DNA of 64,000 nt from Chthonomonadales bacterium (GCA_037443035.1 JBBIPC010000006.1:32001-96000), one strand, 5' to 3'; shown: positions 1 to 10,532, counted from the first letter of the stretch. Numbers and translations are program-made. Notes: generated by a model from the letters alone, not told the origin.

Positions 1-168
1 CTTGGTATGGAACCGCCAATCTGAGCTAGCTGCCACGCGGTGGCCTGCAGGGCAGCAGTGCGGCTCGCACCGATAGCTTACCGCATGCGCACTGTGCACG
101 CCGCCGCCACGAACGATCTGTCCGACTTCCAGCGCCTGTGAGGTGCTACGACACCTCGCGCGGTGCCA

Positions 169-198
169 TTGACACGGCTTCCGGCCGGGCAGTATAAT
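169..198 (+). promoter_or_regulatory. sigma70-type promoter for the HNH leader transcript
   Basis: Exact consensus TTGACA (169-174), 18-nt spacer, TATAAT (193-198). Confidence 0.85.
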
Positions 199-204
199 CG
201 ATCA

Positions 205-431
205 AGCTATGGTAGGAGTACGAACGAGTAATCATTGCCTGAGTAAGGTACGAGCGTATGTCGGGCGGACGGATGCAGTAGTCCTGGCCTGCGCCGGCAT
301 GGCGGTGGCAGGTGCACGCAAGCTCAGAATGCTGGCGGATAGCTTCGAGCACGTGCATCTTCAACCTGACGCCTGGCCTGACTACGTTTGAACCCGCTCC
401 GCCGTTTGGTGTGAGCGGGTTCTATGTTTTT
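205..431 (+). promoter_or_regulatory. structured 5' leader / putative transcription attenuator (or small ncRNA)
   Basis: Lies between the promoter and a terminator. Long irregular rod closed by GTAGTC(278-283)/GACTAC(380-385). uORFs at 258-281 (MSGGRMQ) and 209-391. Alternative pairing of 264-272 with 394-403 competes with the terminator. Confidence 0.55.
390..431 (+). terminator. intrinsic terminator upstream of the HNH gene
   Basis: GAACCCGCTC(390-399)/GAGCGGGTTC(413-422), extended by CGCC/GGTG around a GTTT loop, followed by TATGTTTTT. Confidence 0.8.
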
Positions 432-475
432 CGGTTCCACGCAGCAAGCCTGATGCGGAAGGCAAAGAGCAGAGC

Positions 476-1000
476 ATGGATCAAGAAGTCCTTGTGCTGA
501 ACAGCGACTATGAACCGCTCAACGTGTGCAACACGAGGCGGGCGATCGTGCTGGTCATCTTGGGGAAGGCAGATGTATTGCACGCGCGCGATCGCATGAT
601 GACCCACATGAGCGGTACGTTCGCAGCGCCTTCCGTAGTCAAGCTGCGCCACCACGTGCGCCGGCCGCTGCCTGAGCTGAAGCTCTCCCGTCGGACCGTT
701 TTCGCTAGAGATAACTACACGTGCCAGTATTGCGGTTTGCAGACGCGTGAACTGACCATAGACCATGTCGTGCCGAGAAGGCTTGGAGGTCGGACGGCAT
801 GGGAGAACGTCGTGGCAGCGTGCCGCAAGTGCAACACGAGGAAGAGCGACAAACCGCTCGATCAGAGTGGTCTTCGGCTACGCAGGCAGCCGACACGGCC
901 ACACTATGTGCCGTACATCAGTCTTACGAAGTACCTCGCAGCGCGAAAGAACGCCGAATGGCGCGACTACCTGCCTCAGTTCGCCGACTTCCCTGACTGA
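476..1000 (+). CDS. HNH endonuclease (McrA-like, zinc-binding)
   Basis: RDNYTCQYCG...TIDHVVPRRLGGRTAWENVVAACRKCNTRK: CxxC, DH, N, CxxCN; N-terminal VLVLNxDYEPL motif. Confidence 0.92.
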   Translation: MDQEVLVLNSDYEPLNVCNTRRAIVLVILGKADVLHARDRMMTHMSGTFAAPSVVKLRHHVRRPLPELKLSRRTVFARDNYTCQYCGLQTRELTIDHVVPRRLGGRTAWENVVAACRKCNTRKSDKPLDQSGLRLRRQPTRPHYVPYISLTKYLAARKNAEWRDYLPQFADFPD

Positions 1001-1084
1001 GCACGCCCTGCTGCGTACGCCAATGATCCTCCTCGACGCACCTACAGTGCTGCATTCTCACGCATGGCTTCCAGGAACGGCGAC

Positions 1085-2434
1085 ATGACCTACGCCGAGG
1101 CCGTTCGATTCATGTCCCACCTTCGGCGCTTTGGCATGAAGCTCGGCAATGATCGCATGGTGGAACTCCTGCGGCGTGTCGGCAATCCGCACCACGCCTA
1201 CGGCATTGCCCACGTTACGGGGACGAAAGGCAAGGGGTCCACCACCGCCATGATTGCCGCCATCCTCCACGCACACGGATTCCGTGTGGGAGGGTACTAC
1301 TCGCCGTACGTCTACGATCTATGCGAGCGGGTCCAACTGAACGGGCAGAACATCGCACGTCGCGATTTCGCTAGGTTCGTTGCTCGCCTCGCGCCACACG
1401 TGGAGGAGATCAGCGCTGGTCCGCTCGGGTCGGTGACGGAGTTCGAGCTGAAGACTGCCTTGGGGTTCCTGTACTTCGCCGAGAAGCAAGTGGACTACGC
1501 TGTCGTGGAGGTCGGCATCGGTGGTCGGCTCGACGCGACCAATGTCGTTCATCCGCTAGTCAGTGTCATCACGAACGTCGGCCTGGATCATACCGACATT
1601 CTCGGTGATACCATTGCTGCGATTGCGTTCCAGAAGGCCGGGATCATCAAGCCAGGAGTACCAGTGATTACGGCAGCAGAAGATCCTGAGGCGTTGCAGG
1701 TCATCGAGAGAACGGCAGCGGAGCAGACCGCAGAGGTAGTGCGAGTTGTGAGGCAGGATGCATGGAATAGCCCTGCACAAGTTACCTGGGCGGGCGACCA
1801 CACGTGCTTCGACGTCAGAACACCCGACGCGACCTACGATGGCCTCGCTCTGCAACTGATCGGCAGCTACCAGTGTGTGAACGCCGCCTGCGCCATCGCG
1901 GCAGTGGAGGCTATGGCGGATCGTGGCGGCTTCGATGTTCATCCGGACGCAGTGCGGCTAGCGCTGAGCAAGGTGAGTCTGCCGGGGCGCTTCGCCGTGC
2001 TACGGGAACGACCGATGGTGGTTGCCGACGGTGCGCACAACGGTCTTGCGGCACGCGCCCTGGCTGAGGAACTGCGGCGGATGCGTTACGGACGGCTGGT
2101 CCTCGTGGTGGGGATGTTACGAGGTCATGAGCCAGATGCCTTCTTGAGAGAGCTGGCTCCTCTCGCGTCCATCGTGTACGCGACGCAGCCAAGTTGGCGT
2201 CGCGCGCTAGATGCTGGGAACGTCGCCGAATCGGCCAGACAGTACTGTGCCGATGTCCGCGTGGATTTCCCGCCGCGACAGGCTGCGAGGAAGGCCATCG
2301 CCGAGGCGGACGAAGAGGACCTGGTGTTGATCACAGGCTCCTTCTACACGGTGGGGGATGTGCCACCGCAATCGCTGAGCAGAGCTAGGTGTCGGACTTC
2401 TGCACGTGCTCCAGCTCGAGAGCGACTACGGTAG
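1085..2434 (+). CDS. folC: folylpolyglutamate synthase / dihydrofolate synthase
   Basis: HVTGTKGKGST P-loop, EVGIGGRLDATNV, DHTDILG, DGAHN, TGSFY. Start at 1085 chosen from the AGGA RBS (ORF track starts at 1064). Confidence 0.95.
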   Translation: MTYAEAVRFMSHLRRFGMKLGNDRMVELLRRVGNPHHAYGIAHVTGTKGKGSTTAMIAAILHAHGFRVGGYYSPYVYDLCERVQLNGQNIARRDFARFVARLAPHVEEISAGPLGSVTEFELKTALGFLYFAEKQVDYAVVEVGIGGRLDATNVVHPLVSVITNVGLDHTDILGDTIAAIAFQKAGIIKPGVPVITAAEDPEALQVIERTAAEQTAEVVRVVRQDAWNSPAQVTWAGDHTCFDVRTPDATYDGLALQLIGSYQCVNAACAIAAVEAMADRGGFDVHPDAVRLALSKVSLPGRFAVLRERPMVVADGAHNGLAARALAEELRRMRYGRLVLVVGMLRGHEPDAFLRELAPLASIVYATQPSWRRALDAGNVAESARQYCADVRVDFPPRQAARKAIAEADEEDLVLITGSFYTVGDVPPQSLSRARCRTSARAPARERLR

Positions 2435-3014
2435 CAGGTACGTCGGCGTTGGTAGCCACGCGGTCAATGACCTTAGCGATGAGCCTCTCCGACGTCTCGT
2501 CGACGCCTTGAGGGCACAGACGCGTGACTGCCTCATCAATGATGCTGACCATAGCCCGGATATATCGAGCCTTCGTTTGGGGAAGCGCCCGGAGGTCGCA
2601 CGCCGACCACGCTCTAGCGACACCCTCGAGAACCTCGTCCCAAGATTGGGCTACCGCAGCGCGTTGCTGGGTGCGATCGTACGCAGCATCCCGCATAGCA
2701 CGGACGCGCTGTTCGCGCCTCTTGAGATTCTCCCAGTCCGCCAGACACTCCCCTTCGATCACCCTGAGTCGAACTGCCCGACCCAGGACGGACGCGAGTG
2801 CTTTCTCGATGGCGTTCCGGTGCTCGGAGGTTGCGAGCAGGCTGGCCTGATTGATGATGCGTGACGGAAGGCCGACGACGAACGTATCACCTTCGAGGGT
2901 GATGCCGACGGCATTCTCCAGCGTCTGCCAAAGCGACATGTGCACGACACGGTCCTTAACGATATTGACCGTCCTCGACCAGATGTCGCGAGCAGGCATG
3001 GTGGTGTCCGACAT
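2385..3014 (-). CDS. hypothetical protein with DnaA-domain-I-like N-terminus
   Basis: IWSRTVNIVK...LEGDTFVVGLPS...IEKALASVLGRAVRLRVI resembles the DnaA N-terminal pattern; helical C-terminus; GGAG RBS before ATG 3014. Confidence 0.7.
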   Translation of the reverse strand: MSDTTMPARDIWSRTVNIVKDRVVHMSLWQTLENAVGITLEGDTFVVGLPSRIINQASLLATSEHRNAIEKALASVLGRAVRLRVIEGECLADWENLKRREQRVRAMRDAAYDRTQQRAAVAQSWDEVLEGVARAWSACDLRALPQTKARYIRAMVSIIDEAVTRLCPQGVDETSERLIAKVIDRVATNADVPATVVALELEHVQKSDT

Positions 3015-3077
3015 GAAGCATCTCCGTAGTGCGCGGTTTCGCGCTCCATTATACTGCAAGTGTCTGGCTCAGGGGCG

Positions 3078-4544
3078 ATGCATCGTACACGCGTTTGGAT
3101 CACGGTCGCCGTCCTGCTGACAGCAGGGCACTCCCGCGCCGACCTGCGGATCGAGGGCGACAGGCTCACCGTGGCTACCTCGAACATCCGCATCGTCTTT
3201 CAGGGCGGTGACATCGTGGAGATCACCAACCGTATCACGGGCGAGCGGGTGGCCTATGGCCTGCAGCGAAGACCTCCGCTGTCTGCCATGATGGGGGCTG
3301 ACGGCAAGACCTTCCCCCTTCGCAGCGATGGCTGGCGGAGAGGACATGAAAACGCGGAGGGAAGAGAGGCTGCCCAGACGGTGCTGAGGGATCTGACTCG
3401 AACCGTTTGGCTGAATGTCATCCTCGATAAGGATACGGACGACGTCACCATCGGAACCTGGGGCGAATCACGCGTAGAAGGTGTCATGGGCCATTGCATC
3501 GCTGTCAGGAACCTGGACCTGAGCATCGGACGCCTCATCGTTCCTACGGCGACTGGTCTGGAATACGGTCGTGCAGACGCGCGCAAGGAGCTGCGACTAG
3601 CGTATCCAGCGGAATGGCGGGCGCAGATGGTGGTATGGCAGTGCCCCGAAGGCGGGATTGTCATCTACTCGCGCGATGCTGACAGTATCTGCAAGGGGCT
3701 GCAGGCAATCCGGACCGGCGACTACGCTGACGTTCTCTTGGAAACTCGTGCCGACGGACCATGGGAGTCCCAGAGTAGCGTGCCTTATGTCGAGTGGCGC
3801 ATCAACGCGTACCGGGGCGGCTGGCAAGTGCCTGCGTCCGGGTACCGCAGTCTCATGCAGGCGCTGAGGCCGGGAACGGTACCACCCGAATCGCGTCTCT
3901 GGGCCAGCCAGATTCGGGAGGTTCTCGAGGTGCCTGATGGCGCAGGCGACAGGTGGCTGGCCGAGGTCGTCCAGGCGCACACGCCCGCGCGAACGCTGCT
4001 TTTTCTGAAGGAGTGGGCTACCTCTGGGCCACCTGACTACCGCATGACCGATGCCGCAGCCACATTCCTTGGCAAAGCCCACGACCGTGGGTTCTACGTC
4101 ATGGTGCCGGTGCATGTGCAGCAAGCCCGTCAGGAGTGGATTGGTGGCAAGAACCTCCAGCGAAGCCGAGCCAAGGGAGTATCGGATGCTGACTCTGGCG
4201 GCCTGGCGCAGATGAACCCTGCATCGGTTTCATGGCGGCGCGCCCTCATCGCTGCTTTGCGCGATGCGTTCGGCGGTGCGCGACCGGACGCGATGTATCT
4301 AGTGGACGCCGCAACCGTGATCACAGAAGAAGATCCGGATACTGGTAAGAGAGGTACCGTCGGCTTGACTCTGTTGCTGAAAGAGCTACAGGCAGCGTTC
4401 CCCGATATGGTGCTCGGAGCGGACGGCGTACACGAGATCGTCTTGCCTTATATACGGATCAGCCGCCGACCAGCCGAGATCCAGGGCTCTAGCCATCCCA
4501 TCACTCAGTACCTGTTCGGTCCGTCCGTTCTGTGGTTCCCCTGA
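3078..4544 (+). CDS. secreted hypothetical protein, possibly glycoside-hydrolase-like (DUF6259-like)
   Basis: Signal-peptide-like N-terminus (MHRTRVWITVAVLLTAGHSRA). C-terminal half has GH-barrel-like words (AHDRGFYVM, MNPASVSWR, DAMYLVD). Confidence 0.65.
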   Translation: MHRTRVWITVAVLLTAGHSRADLRIEGDRLTVATSNIRIVFQGGDIVEITNRITGERVAYGLQRRPPLSAMMGADGKTFPLRSDGWRRGHENAEGREAAQTVLRDLTRTVWLNVILDKDTDDVTIGTWGESRVEGVMGHCIAVRNLDLSIGRLIVPTATGLEYGRADARKELRLAYPAEWRAQMVVWQCPEGGIVIYSRDADSICKGLQAIRTGDYADVLLETRADGPWESQSSVPYVEWRINAYRGGWQVPASGYRSLMQALRPGTVPPESRLWASQIREVLEVPDGAGDRWLAEVVQAHTPARTLLFLKEWATSGPPDYRMTDAAATFLGKAHDRGFYVMVPVHVQQARQEWIGGKNLQRSRAKGVSDADSGGLAQMNPASVSWRRALIAALRDAFGGARPDAMYLVDAATVITEEDPDTGKRGTVGLTLLLKELQAAFPDMVLGADGVHEIVLPYIRISRRPAEIQGSSHPITQYLFGPSVLWFP

Positions 4545-5457
4545 CTGTAGCCTCGCCAAGAAGGGTCTGACGAAAGAACGCGCGTAGCTCCTGTCGGAAG
4601 ACGGCAACATCGTCCCGTGTGACCGTAATGTGCCACGAGTGTGGCAGGATAACGAGTCGCTTGGGTTCGCGCGCATGGTGGTAGAGGATGTACGCGTCGT
4701 CCACTCTCACGAACGGGTCTCGCTTCCCATGGACCAGCAGGATCGGGCGTGGGGCGATGCGATGAACACACAGAGCTGGCGAAACCTCGGCCGGATCGAA
4801 CGCAAGCCACCGCTTCGCCATGCGTTTGGCTGGAACCGTAAGCAGGGGACCAGCCACCCCGAGGAACATGCGCCCACGCTGGTTCACAGCACGGTCTAGG
4901 GAAGCATAGGCGCCCTGGGTCGCTACGGCACGAATGCGGCAGTCCGCGGCGGCCGCCATGATGGCAGCAGCGCCGCCCATGGAGTAGCCGAACACCCCGA
5001 TGGACAGATTGCGTGTGGACAGTCGCGTTTGCAGAGCATCCACCGCAGCCAACACATCTGCTGTTTCGTTACGACCGATGGTGCAAAGAGTGCCGCCACT
5101 ACGTCCGGCACGACGGAAGTCGAACAGGAGGAAGCTATAGGGCCCGTCACGCAGCAGGCGCAGTACCGGCAGCATCTGCATCCTGTTGAACTGATGGCCA
5201 TGGCATAGGAGGATAACCGCCCTGGCGTCCGTTCGTTCGAACAGCCATCCTGAAAGCGGCGTACCATCTCTTGCGCGGAAATCGAAGCGAGTGGCCGGGC
5301 CATCCTGTTCCGGGGGATCGAGTGGACACGCGATACGCAGTGGGTGGGTGGACCAGTAGGCAAGGATCCACGCACCGGCGAGCAACACAATGGCAAGGAC
5401 GGCGGCCGCCGCGCCGAGTACCATGATAAGGCGCATGACGCCGTGCGGTGGGACCAT
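4501..5457 (-). CDS. membrane-anchored alpha/beta hydrolase
   Basis: N-terminal TM helix, LCHG oxyanion motif, GYSMG nucleophile elbow, HGKRD acid, HSWH His. Confidence 0.88.
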   Translation of the reverse strand: MVPPHGVMRLIMVLGAAAAVLAIVLLAGAWILAYWSTHPLRIACPLDPPEQDGPATRFDFRARDGTPLSGWLFERTDARAVILLCHGHQFNRMQMLPVLRLLRDGPYSFLLFDFRRAGRSGGTLCTIGRNETADVLAAVDALQTRLSTRNLSIGVFGYSMGGAAAIMAAAADCRIRAVATQGAYASLDRAVNQRGRMFLGVAGPLLTVPAKRMAKRWLAFDPAEVSPALCVHRIAPRPILLVHGKRDPFVRVDDAYILYHHAREPKRLVILPHSWHITVTRDDVAVFRQELRAFFRQTLLGEATVRGTTERTDRTGTE

Positions 5458-5517
5458 GCTACGAGGGAGGCGACCCCTCCTGACTTGCTAGATCGTGGCA
5501 GGAGGGGCCGAGCACCG

Positions 5518-7314
5518 CTAGCCGTACAAGGGTCCGAGGGTCGCGCAGGCCCGATAGTCGGCTCCTTGGGGATCCTGCGCTCCGAAGCGTGCCCAGACAG
5601 CCGGCCGGAAAACGCGCTCTTCCGGAACGTTATGCATGTCCACGGGGATCCGAAGGATAGACGCAAGAGAGATAAGGTCAGCGCCAATGTGTCCGTAGCT
5701 GATGGCGCCATGGTTGGCCCCCCAGTTGTTCATGACGCTGTACACATCTCGGAAGGGACCGCTGCCTGTCAGCCTAGGGGCGAACCACGTCGTGGGCCAT
5801 CCTGGGTCGGTTCGGTCTTGGAGGATCCGGTCTACCTTCTCGGGCAGTCCTACCGTGTATCCTTCTGCGATCTGCAGAACCGGTCCAAGCCCTTTGACGA
5901 GATTGATGCGCGCCATGGTACACGGCATGCCGCCCACGGTGGAGAATTGGGACGAGAAACCGCCTCCGCGGAAGTAGCCTACGTTAGCGGGGCACCACCT
6001 TGTCGCGTCAATGCATGCCTGAGCCTCTTCCGGTGTTATCTCCCACCAGCGCTTCATTGCAGGTTCGCCGTTGACGGTCTGGCGTCCAGATGCGTCCAGC
6101 GCCGAGGCGCCAGAGTTGATCAGATGGATGATGCCGTGCTCGGCGGCACCAGTGAGGCGGAACCCAGTCACGCGTTCGACCGCCTCGGGACTCCAGAACG
6201 TCCGCACATCCGAAAACATCTGGGCCGAACCTGTAAGGAGATGCATGAACAGCATCGTAACGCCGTTCAGCGAGTCGTTTTCCGTAGCCACGACATAAGG
6301 CTGACGAATGCCCGTCCAGTCGAACGATGAGCACAGGATCGCCTCGAGGAAGTCGCCGTTGGGCATGAAGTCCGTCCACTGGCGCTGGCCCTGGAAACCG
6401 CTAGCGATAGCATTGTGGCCCTGCGCCTCCTCAGGATAGCCCAGTTCTGCCAGTCGCGGATTGCCGACCATGAGGTCTCTCGCGATCAGGGCCATCTTGA
6501 CGCAGGTCTCCCAATCGCGATCCTTCTGCTCGCGAGAGCGCTGATTTGCCGGGGCGTTGTAGTCGGGTCCCTCTTTGCAGTTCTCCTTCACCCAGTCCAA
6601 CGCTACTGCGTATTCGTCCGGGTCGTAGATATGGAGTTCGAGACGCCGGAGAAACTCTGTCATGTCCACCGTCTCGTTCCGCATGCCGAGGTAGGACTGG
6701 AAGAAGTCCTGTTCCACGATGGATCCCGCGATACCCATGGACACGCCGCCCATGGCGAGATAAGCCGTTCCGCGCATGGTAGCTGCTGCCAACGCGGCTC
6801 GCGTGAACCGGAGAAGCTTCTCCTGCACGTCGGTGGGGATCGTGGTGTCGTCCGCATCTTGGACGTCTCTGCCATAGATGCCAAACGCGGGCAGACCTTT
6901 CTGAGCATGACCCGCGAGAACCGCTGCCAGATAGACAGCACCAGGACGTTCCGTACCGTTGAAGCCCCACACGGCCTTGGGGACGATGGGATCCATGTCC
7001 ATCGTCTCAGAGCCGTAGCACCAGCATGGGGTCACAGTAATGCTCACCCCGACGCCTTCTCGGGCGAACTTCTCGGCGCATGCGGCAGCTTCAGCCACGC
7101 CACCGATACAGGTGTCCGCCACGACGCATTTCACGGGGAGGCCGCAGGCGTGTCGCACGTTGGCCTCTAGGAATTCGGCCACGCGACGGGCCATCCCCAT
7201 GGTCTGCCCCTCCAGGGATTCGCGCACACCACCATGGCGACCGTCAATGGTTGGCCGTATGCCGATCTTCGGCAGGTTGGTGCGTAGTCTGTTGACAGGT
7301 GCGTTGACTTTCAT
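5518..7314 (-). CDS. fucI: L-fucose isomerase
   Basis: [68 protein letters not shown]. Confidence 0.97.
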   Translation of the reverse strand: MKVNAPVNRLRTNLPKIGIRPTIDGRHGGVRESLEGQTMGMARRVAEFLEANVRHACGLPVKCVVADTCIGGVAEAAACAEKFAREGVGVSITVTPCWCYGSETMDMDPIVPKAVWGFNGTERPGAVYLAAVLAGHAQKGLPAFGIYGRDVQDADDTTIPTDVQEKLLRFTRAALAAATMRGTAYLAMGGVSMGIAGSIVEQDFFQSYLGMRNETVDMTEFLRRLELHIYDPDEYAVALDWVKENCKEGPDYNAPANQRSREQKDRDWETCVKMALIARDLMVGNPRLAELGYPEEAQGHNAIASGFQGQRQWTDFMPNGDFLEAILCSSFDWTGIRQPYVVATENDSLNGVTMLFMHLLTGSAQMFSDVRTFWSPEAVERVTGFRLTGAAEHGIIHLINSGASALDASGRQTVNGEPAMKRWWEITPEEAQACIDATRWCPANVGYFRGGGFSSQFSTVGGMPCTMARINLVKGLGPVLQIAEGYTVGLPEKVDRILQDRTDPGWPTTWFAPRLTGSGPFRDVYSVMNNWGANHGAISYGHIGADLISLASILRIPVDMHNVPEERVFRPAVWARFGAQDPQGADYRACATLGPLYG

Positions 7315-7409
7315 GGCTATCCTTGCTCCATTTGCTTGATGTAAGCGTCTGATCTATACCTGCGTCCGTTGGTCATATGCGGCTCGCTCTGCCGCGGAGC
7401 AGAGTCGAC

Positions 7410-8447
7410 CTAGCGCAGCCCCATGAGAGCACGCAGGATGAACGCGTCGAGCCCCTCGTAGTCACGAGCCTCGACGTAGCTCCTCCATGCTTCCCGGTCA
7501 ATCCGGACGGATACCTCGACGAGTTGCTCGAAGAGCGCCTTGCTGTTGGAGAGATGCTTGGTCGCTATGTCGGCAGGTTGGGTGCGCATGGCTTTGACGT
7601 CGAGACCCACCACCTCGCCGTTCGCTCCGTAGTTGTTCTGCACAAGTACATCCACGATGTTGAAGGCGCGCCGAAGGTTGACGCTGCCGAAGGACTTGTC
7701 TTCGTCGAACTTCAGGCCATTCTGGTCGTTGAGATGAACGCCCCAGAGCTTACCGTGCCAGAGTGCAAAGGCCATCTCATCCGATGGATCGAGCCCGAGC
7801 AGGATGGAGTGAGCGGCTTCGATGAGAGTGCCTACGCGAGACGGATCCGAAGTGCGCGCCGCCAGTGCCAGCCAGTGTCCTGTGGAGGGCAGGTACATGA
7901 GATCCATGGGTTCGTTGGGTTTCATCTCCCCCAGGAGCCGGACATGCGGGTCGTATTCCAGTAGAGCATCGAGGTAACCGAGGAGGCGGTCGTGGGCCAC
8001 GATCGGGTCCTTGGCTTCGCGGATGTAGGTCCCTTCCCGCGCCGGCCAGAGAACGATCCTGTCCGTACCCAGAACGTTCGCGATGTCTATGGTCCGCTTG
8101 CCACGATCCAGCGCGGCCAGGCGGGCCTTCGGGTCGTTGGAAGTTATGGCGCCGTCCACGAAGATGGGATCCTCCCATAGTCGCGGTGCGACGAACTCGA
8201 CCTTCAGACCGGCGTCCTCGCACATCTTGCGGACACGCTGCGCTTCGGACTCGGTCTGCGACGGTTGGACGGTCATCGGTACGGCATCATCATCGTGGAA
8301 CTGGACATACGTGAAACCGAGCCGCCGCAACGTCTCGAGTTTCCGGGCGAAAGAGATCTCCTCACGAACTGGGGGGCCGAAAGGATCGGCGCCTGTGTTC
8401 AGGTTCCAAACACCGGCAGAGAACTCGAAGTGGGTGTTCATGCACAT
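7410..8447 (-). CDS. xylose isomerase family (class I-like) sugar isomerase
   Basis: DPFG, FHDDD, WPAREG, EMKPNEP, EAAH, HLNDQNGLKFDED. Confidence 0.85.
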   Translation of the reverse strand: MCMNTHFEFSAGVWNLNTGADPFGPPVREEISFARKLETLRRLGFTYVQFHDDDAVPMTVQPSQTESEAQRVRKMCEDAGLKVEFVAPRLWEDPIFVDGAITSNDPKARLAALDRGKRTIDIANVLGTDRIVLWPAREGTYIREAKDPIVAHDRLLGYLDALLEYDPHVRLLGEMKPNEPMDLMYLPSTGHWLALAARTSDPSRVGTLIEAAHSILLGLDPSDEMAFALWHGKLWGVHLNDQNGLKFDEDKSFGSVNLRRAFNIVDVLVQNNYGANGEVVGLDVKAMRTQPADIATKHLSNSKALFEQLVEVSVRIDREAWRSYVEARDYEGLDAFILRALMGLR

Positions 8448-8463
8448 GTTCCTCCAGTGATGG

Positions 8464-9315
8464 TCACTCGGCTCGAAACAGGGGCTGGACTTCGTGGGCC
8501 TTCCGCTGCATGGCGTCCATCTCCTCGGCGGTCATGGGACGGAACCTTTCGGCGATCTCCAGTACCATACCAAAGATCTCCGGATCACCCGGGGGGATGG
8601 CTGCCGTGACCGGCAGGCTCAGCGTCCATCGGAAGGCCTGTTCGAGTTCAGACGGGCTGCTATATGGTTCGTACCAACATTTCGGGCGCACGGAGCGGTC
8701 AGCCCCTTCCGGCCACGGGCGCCATGCCCCGGCCTTCAGTGCTAGAAGGGCTGCTCCCCGCTCCTTAGCAGTCTTGACAACCTGAGGTCCGAAGTGTCCC
8801 TGATAGTAACTCGTGTAATGAAGCGGGAACAACACGGAATCGAAGGAAAACTGCTCCAGGCAATAGAGTGCTGCATCTACAGAATGCGCCGAGAATCCTA
8901 GGAACCGGACCAATCCCTTCTCGCGGGCTTCGATCAGCGTCTTCATGGCGCCGTCCGGGGCAAAGCATGCTCGTGCGTCCTCTAGGTTCTGAAGCCCGTG
9001 CAACTGATAGAGGTCGAAGTGGTCCGTCTCGAGCTTCCGCAACGAGGTCTCGAGAGCGGCCCTGGACTCCTGGTACGTGCGCTTCTCGGTCTTGCATGCG
9101 AGAAACACCTTGTCGCGAATCCCGCGCAGGGCTGGACCGAGACGATCTTCAGCATCGGCGTAGGTCGGTGCGACATCGAAGTAGTTGACACCGCGATCGT
9201 AAGCACTGCGTACGATGGCGTCCGCTTCGTCCTGAGGCATCTGAGCAACGACGATGCCTCCGAGGCCGATTATCGAAAGGTCCACATCGGTGGAACCGTA
9301 GCATCGTTCGAGCAT
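8464..9315 (-). CDS. aldo/keto reductase
   Basis: [43 protein letters not shown]. Confidence 0.92.
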   Translation of the reverse strand: MLERCYGSTDVDLSIIGLGGIVVAQMPQDEADAIVRSAYDRGVNYFDVAPTYADAEDRLGPALRGIRDKVFLACKTEKRTYQESRAALETSLRKLETDHFDLYQLHGLQNLEDARACFAPDGAMKTLIEAREKGLVRFLGFSAHSVDAALYCLEQFSFDSVLFPLHYTSYYQGHFGPQVVKTAKERGAALLALKAGAWRPWPEGADRSVRPKCWYEPYSSPSELEQAFRWTLSLPVTAAIPPGDPEIFGMVLEIAERFRPMTAEEMDAMQRKAHEVQPLFRAE

Positions 9316-9468
9316 CCATCGCTCTCCTTTGGTACCCGAGCAGCCTTCTGCAACTGCGTTCTTCGACCGATTCTTTCAGCGCCGGTGCGTCCACATCCTT
9401 CTACGGCCCACGCATAGATGTTGGTTCGTTGACTATGGAGCGGTATCTTAGTCGGGGAGGAGATTTCC

Positions 9469-10506
9469 ATGGGAGCGATTGTAGACCTGCGAAGCGACAC
9501 CGTTACTAGACCGACACCGGAAATGCGCCGAGCCATGGCGGAAGCTGAGGTCGGCGATGACGTTCTGGGCGATGATCCGACGGTACAAGCGCTGGAAGCT
9601 ACGGCTGCGCGCCTTACCGGCAAGGAGGCAGCACTATTCATGCCATCGGGCACGATGAGCAATAGCATCGCCATCAACGTGCACACGAAACCAGGCGACG
9701 AAGTCTTGCTGGATTGGGATGCCCACTCTGCTCGCTACGAAGTTGGTGCGCCAGCGGTGGTTTCCGGGGTCGTCCTGAGACAGTTCAGGAGCTGCAAAGG
9801 CGTGCCCGATGTAGCAGACGTGGCCGGGGCGCTGCAGAAAGAGACGGAGCATTCGCCGGGAACACGCCTCATCGTGCTGGAGAATACCCATAACGTGGCC
9901 GGTGGGGCGGTGATACCGCTGGAGATACATGCTGCGGTGTGGGAGTTGGCCCATGCGAACGGCGTCGCGGTGCACGTGGACGGTGCCCGTATCTTCAATG
10001 CCTCGGTAGCGACGGGGATCCCGGTGCAGTCCTTTGCGAAGTACGCGGACACCCTGACATTCTGCCTCTCCAAGGGGTTGGGGTGTCCGGTGGGTTCGGT
10101 ATTGTGCGGTTCACACGTTACGGTGGAACGTGCGCGTCGGGTGCGAAAGATGCTGGGAGGTGGTATGCGACAGGCAGGGATCCTGGCTGCAGCGGGGCTG
10201 TATGCACTGGAGCACCATGTGCAACGACTGGCTGAAGATCATCGTCGCGCGCGTGCACTAGCTCTGGCGCTCGTGGATCTGCCGGGTGTGTCGGTGGACC
10301 TAGACGCCGTCCAGACGAACATGGTCTACTTCACAACAGCAGCGGATGCTGATCGCTGGATAGAGCTGCTGCGTGACCGCGGGATTCTATGCCTTGCGCT
10401 CGGGTCCCGCCGCATTCGGCTCGTCACCCATCTCGACGTTACCGATGAGGATGTCGTCCGTGCTGTCGAGGCGTTGCGGCAAGTCGCGGCTGCGTTAGCT
10501 GGGTAG
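9469..10506 (+). CDS. ltaE: low-specificity L-threonine aldolase
   Basis: [40 protein letters not shown] (PLP Lys), GGGMRQAG. Confidence 0.95.
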   Translation: MGAIVDLRSDTVTRPTPEMRRAMAEAEVGDDVLGDDPTVQALEATAARLTGKEAALFMPSGTMSNSIAINVHTKPGDEVLLDWDAHSARYEVGAPAVVSGVVLRQFRSCKGVPDVADVAGALQKETEHSPGTRLIVLENTHNVAGGAVIPLEIHAAVWELAHANGVAVHVDGARIFNASVATGIPVQSFAKYADTLTFCLSKGLGCPVGSVLCGSHVTVERARRVRKMLGGGMRQAGILAAAGLYALEHHVQRLAEDHRRARALALALVDLPGVSVDLDAVQTNMVYFTTAADADRWIELLRDRGILCLALGSRRIRLVTHLDVTDEDVVRAVEALRQVAAALAG

Positions 10507-10532
10507 GGAAACCTGCGCCGAATGGAACGAAG

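Noticed and set aside
1..145. Possible gene end at the window start
   Set aside because: Too little sequence to assign.
476..1000. HNH as IscB/Cas9-like RNA-guided nuclease or IS200/IS605 element
   Set aside because: Only 174 aa; no PLMP or RuvC motifs, no transposase, element ends or CRISPR repeats nearby.
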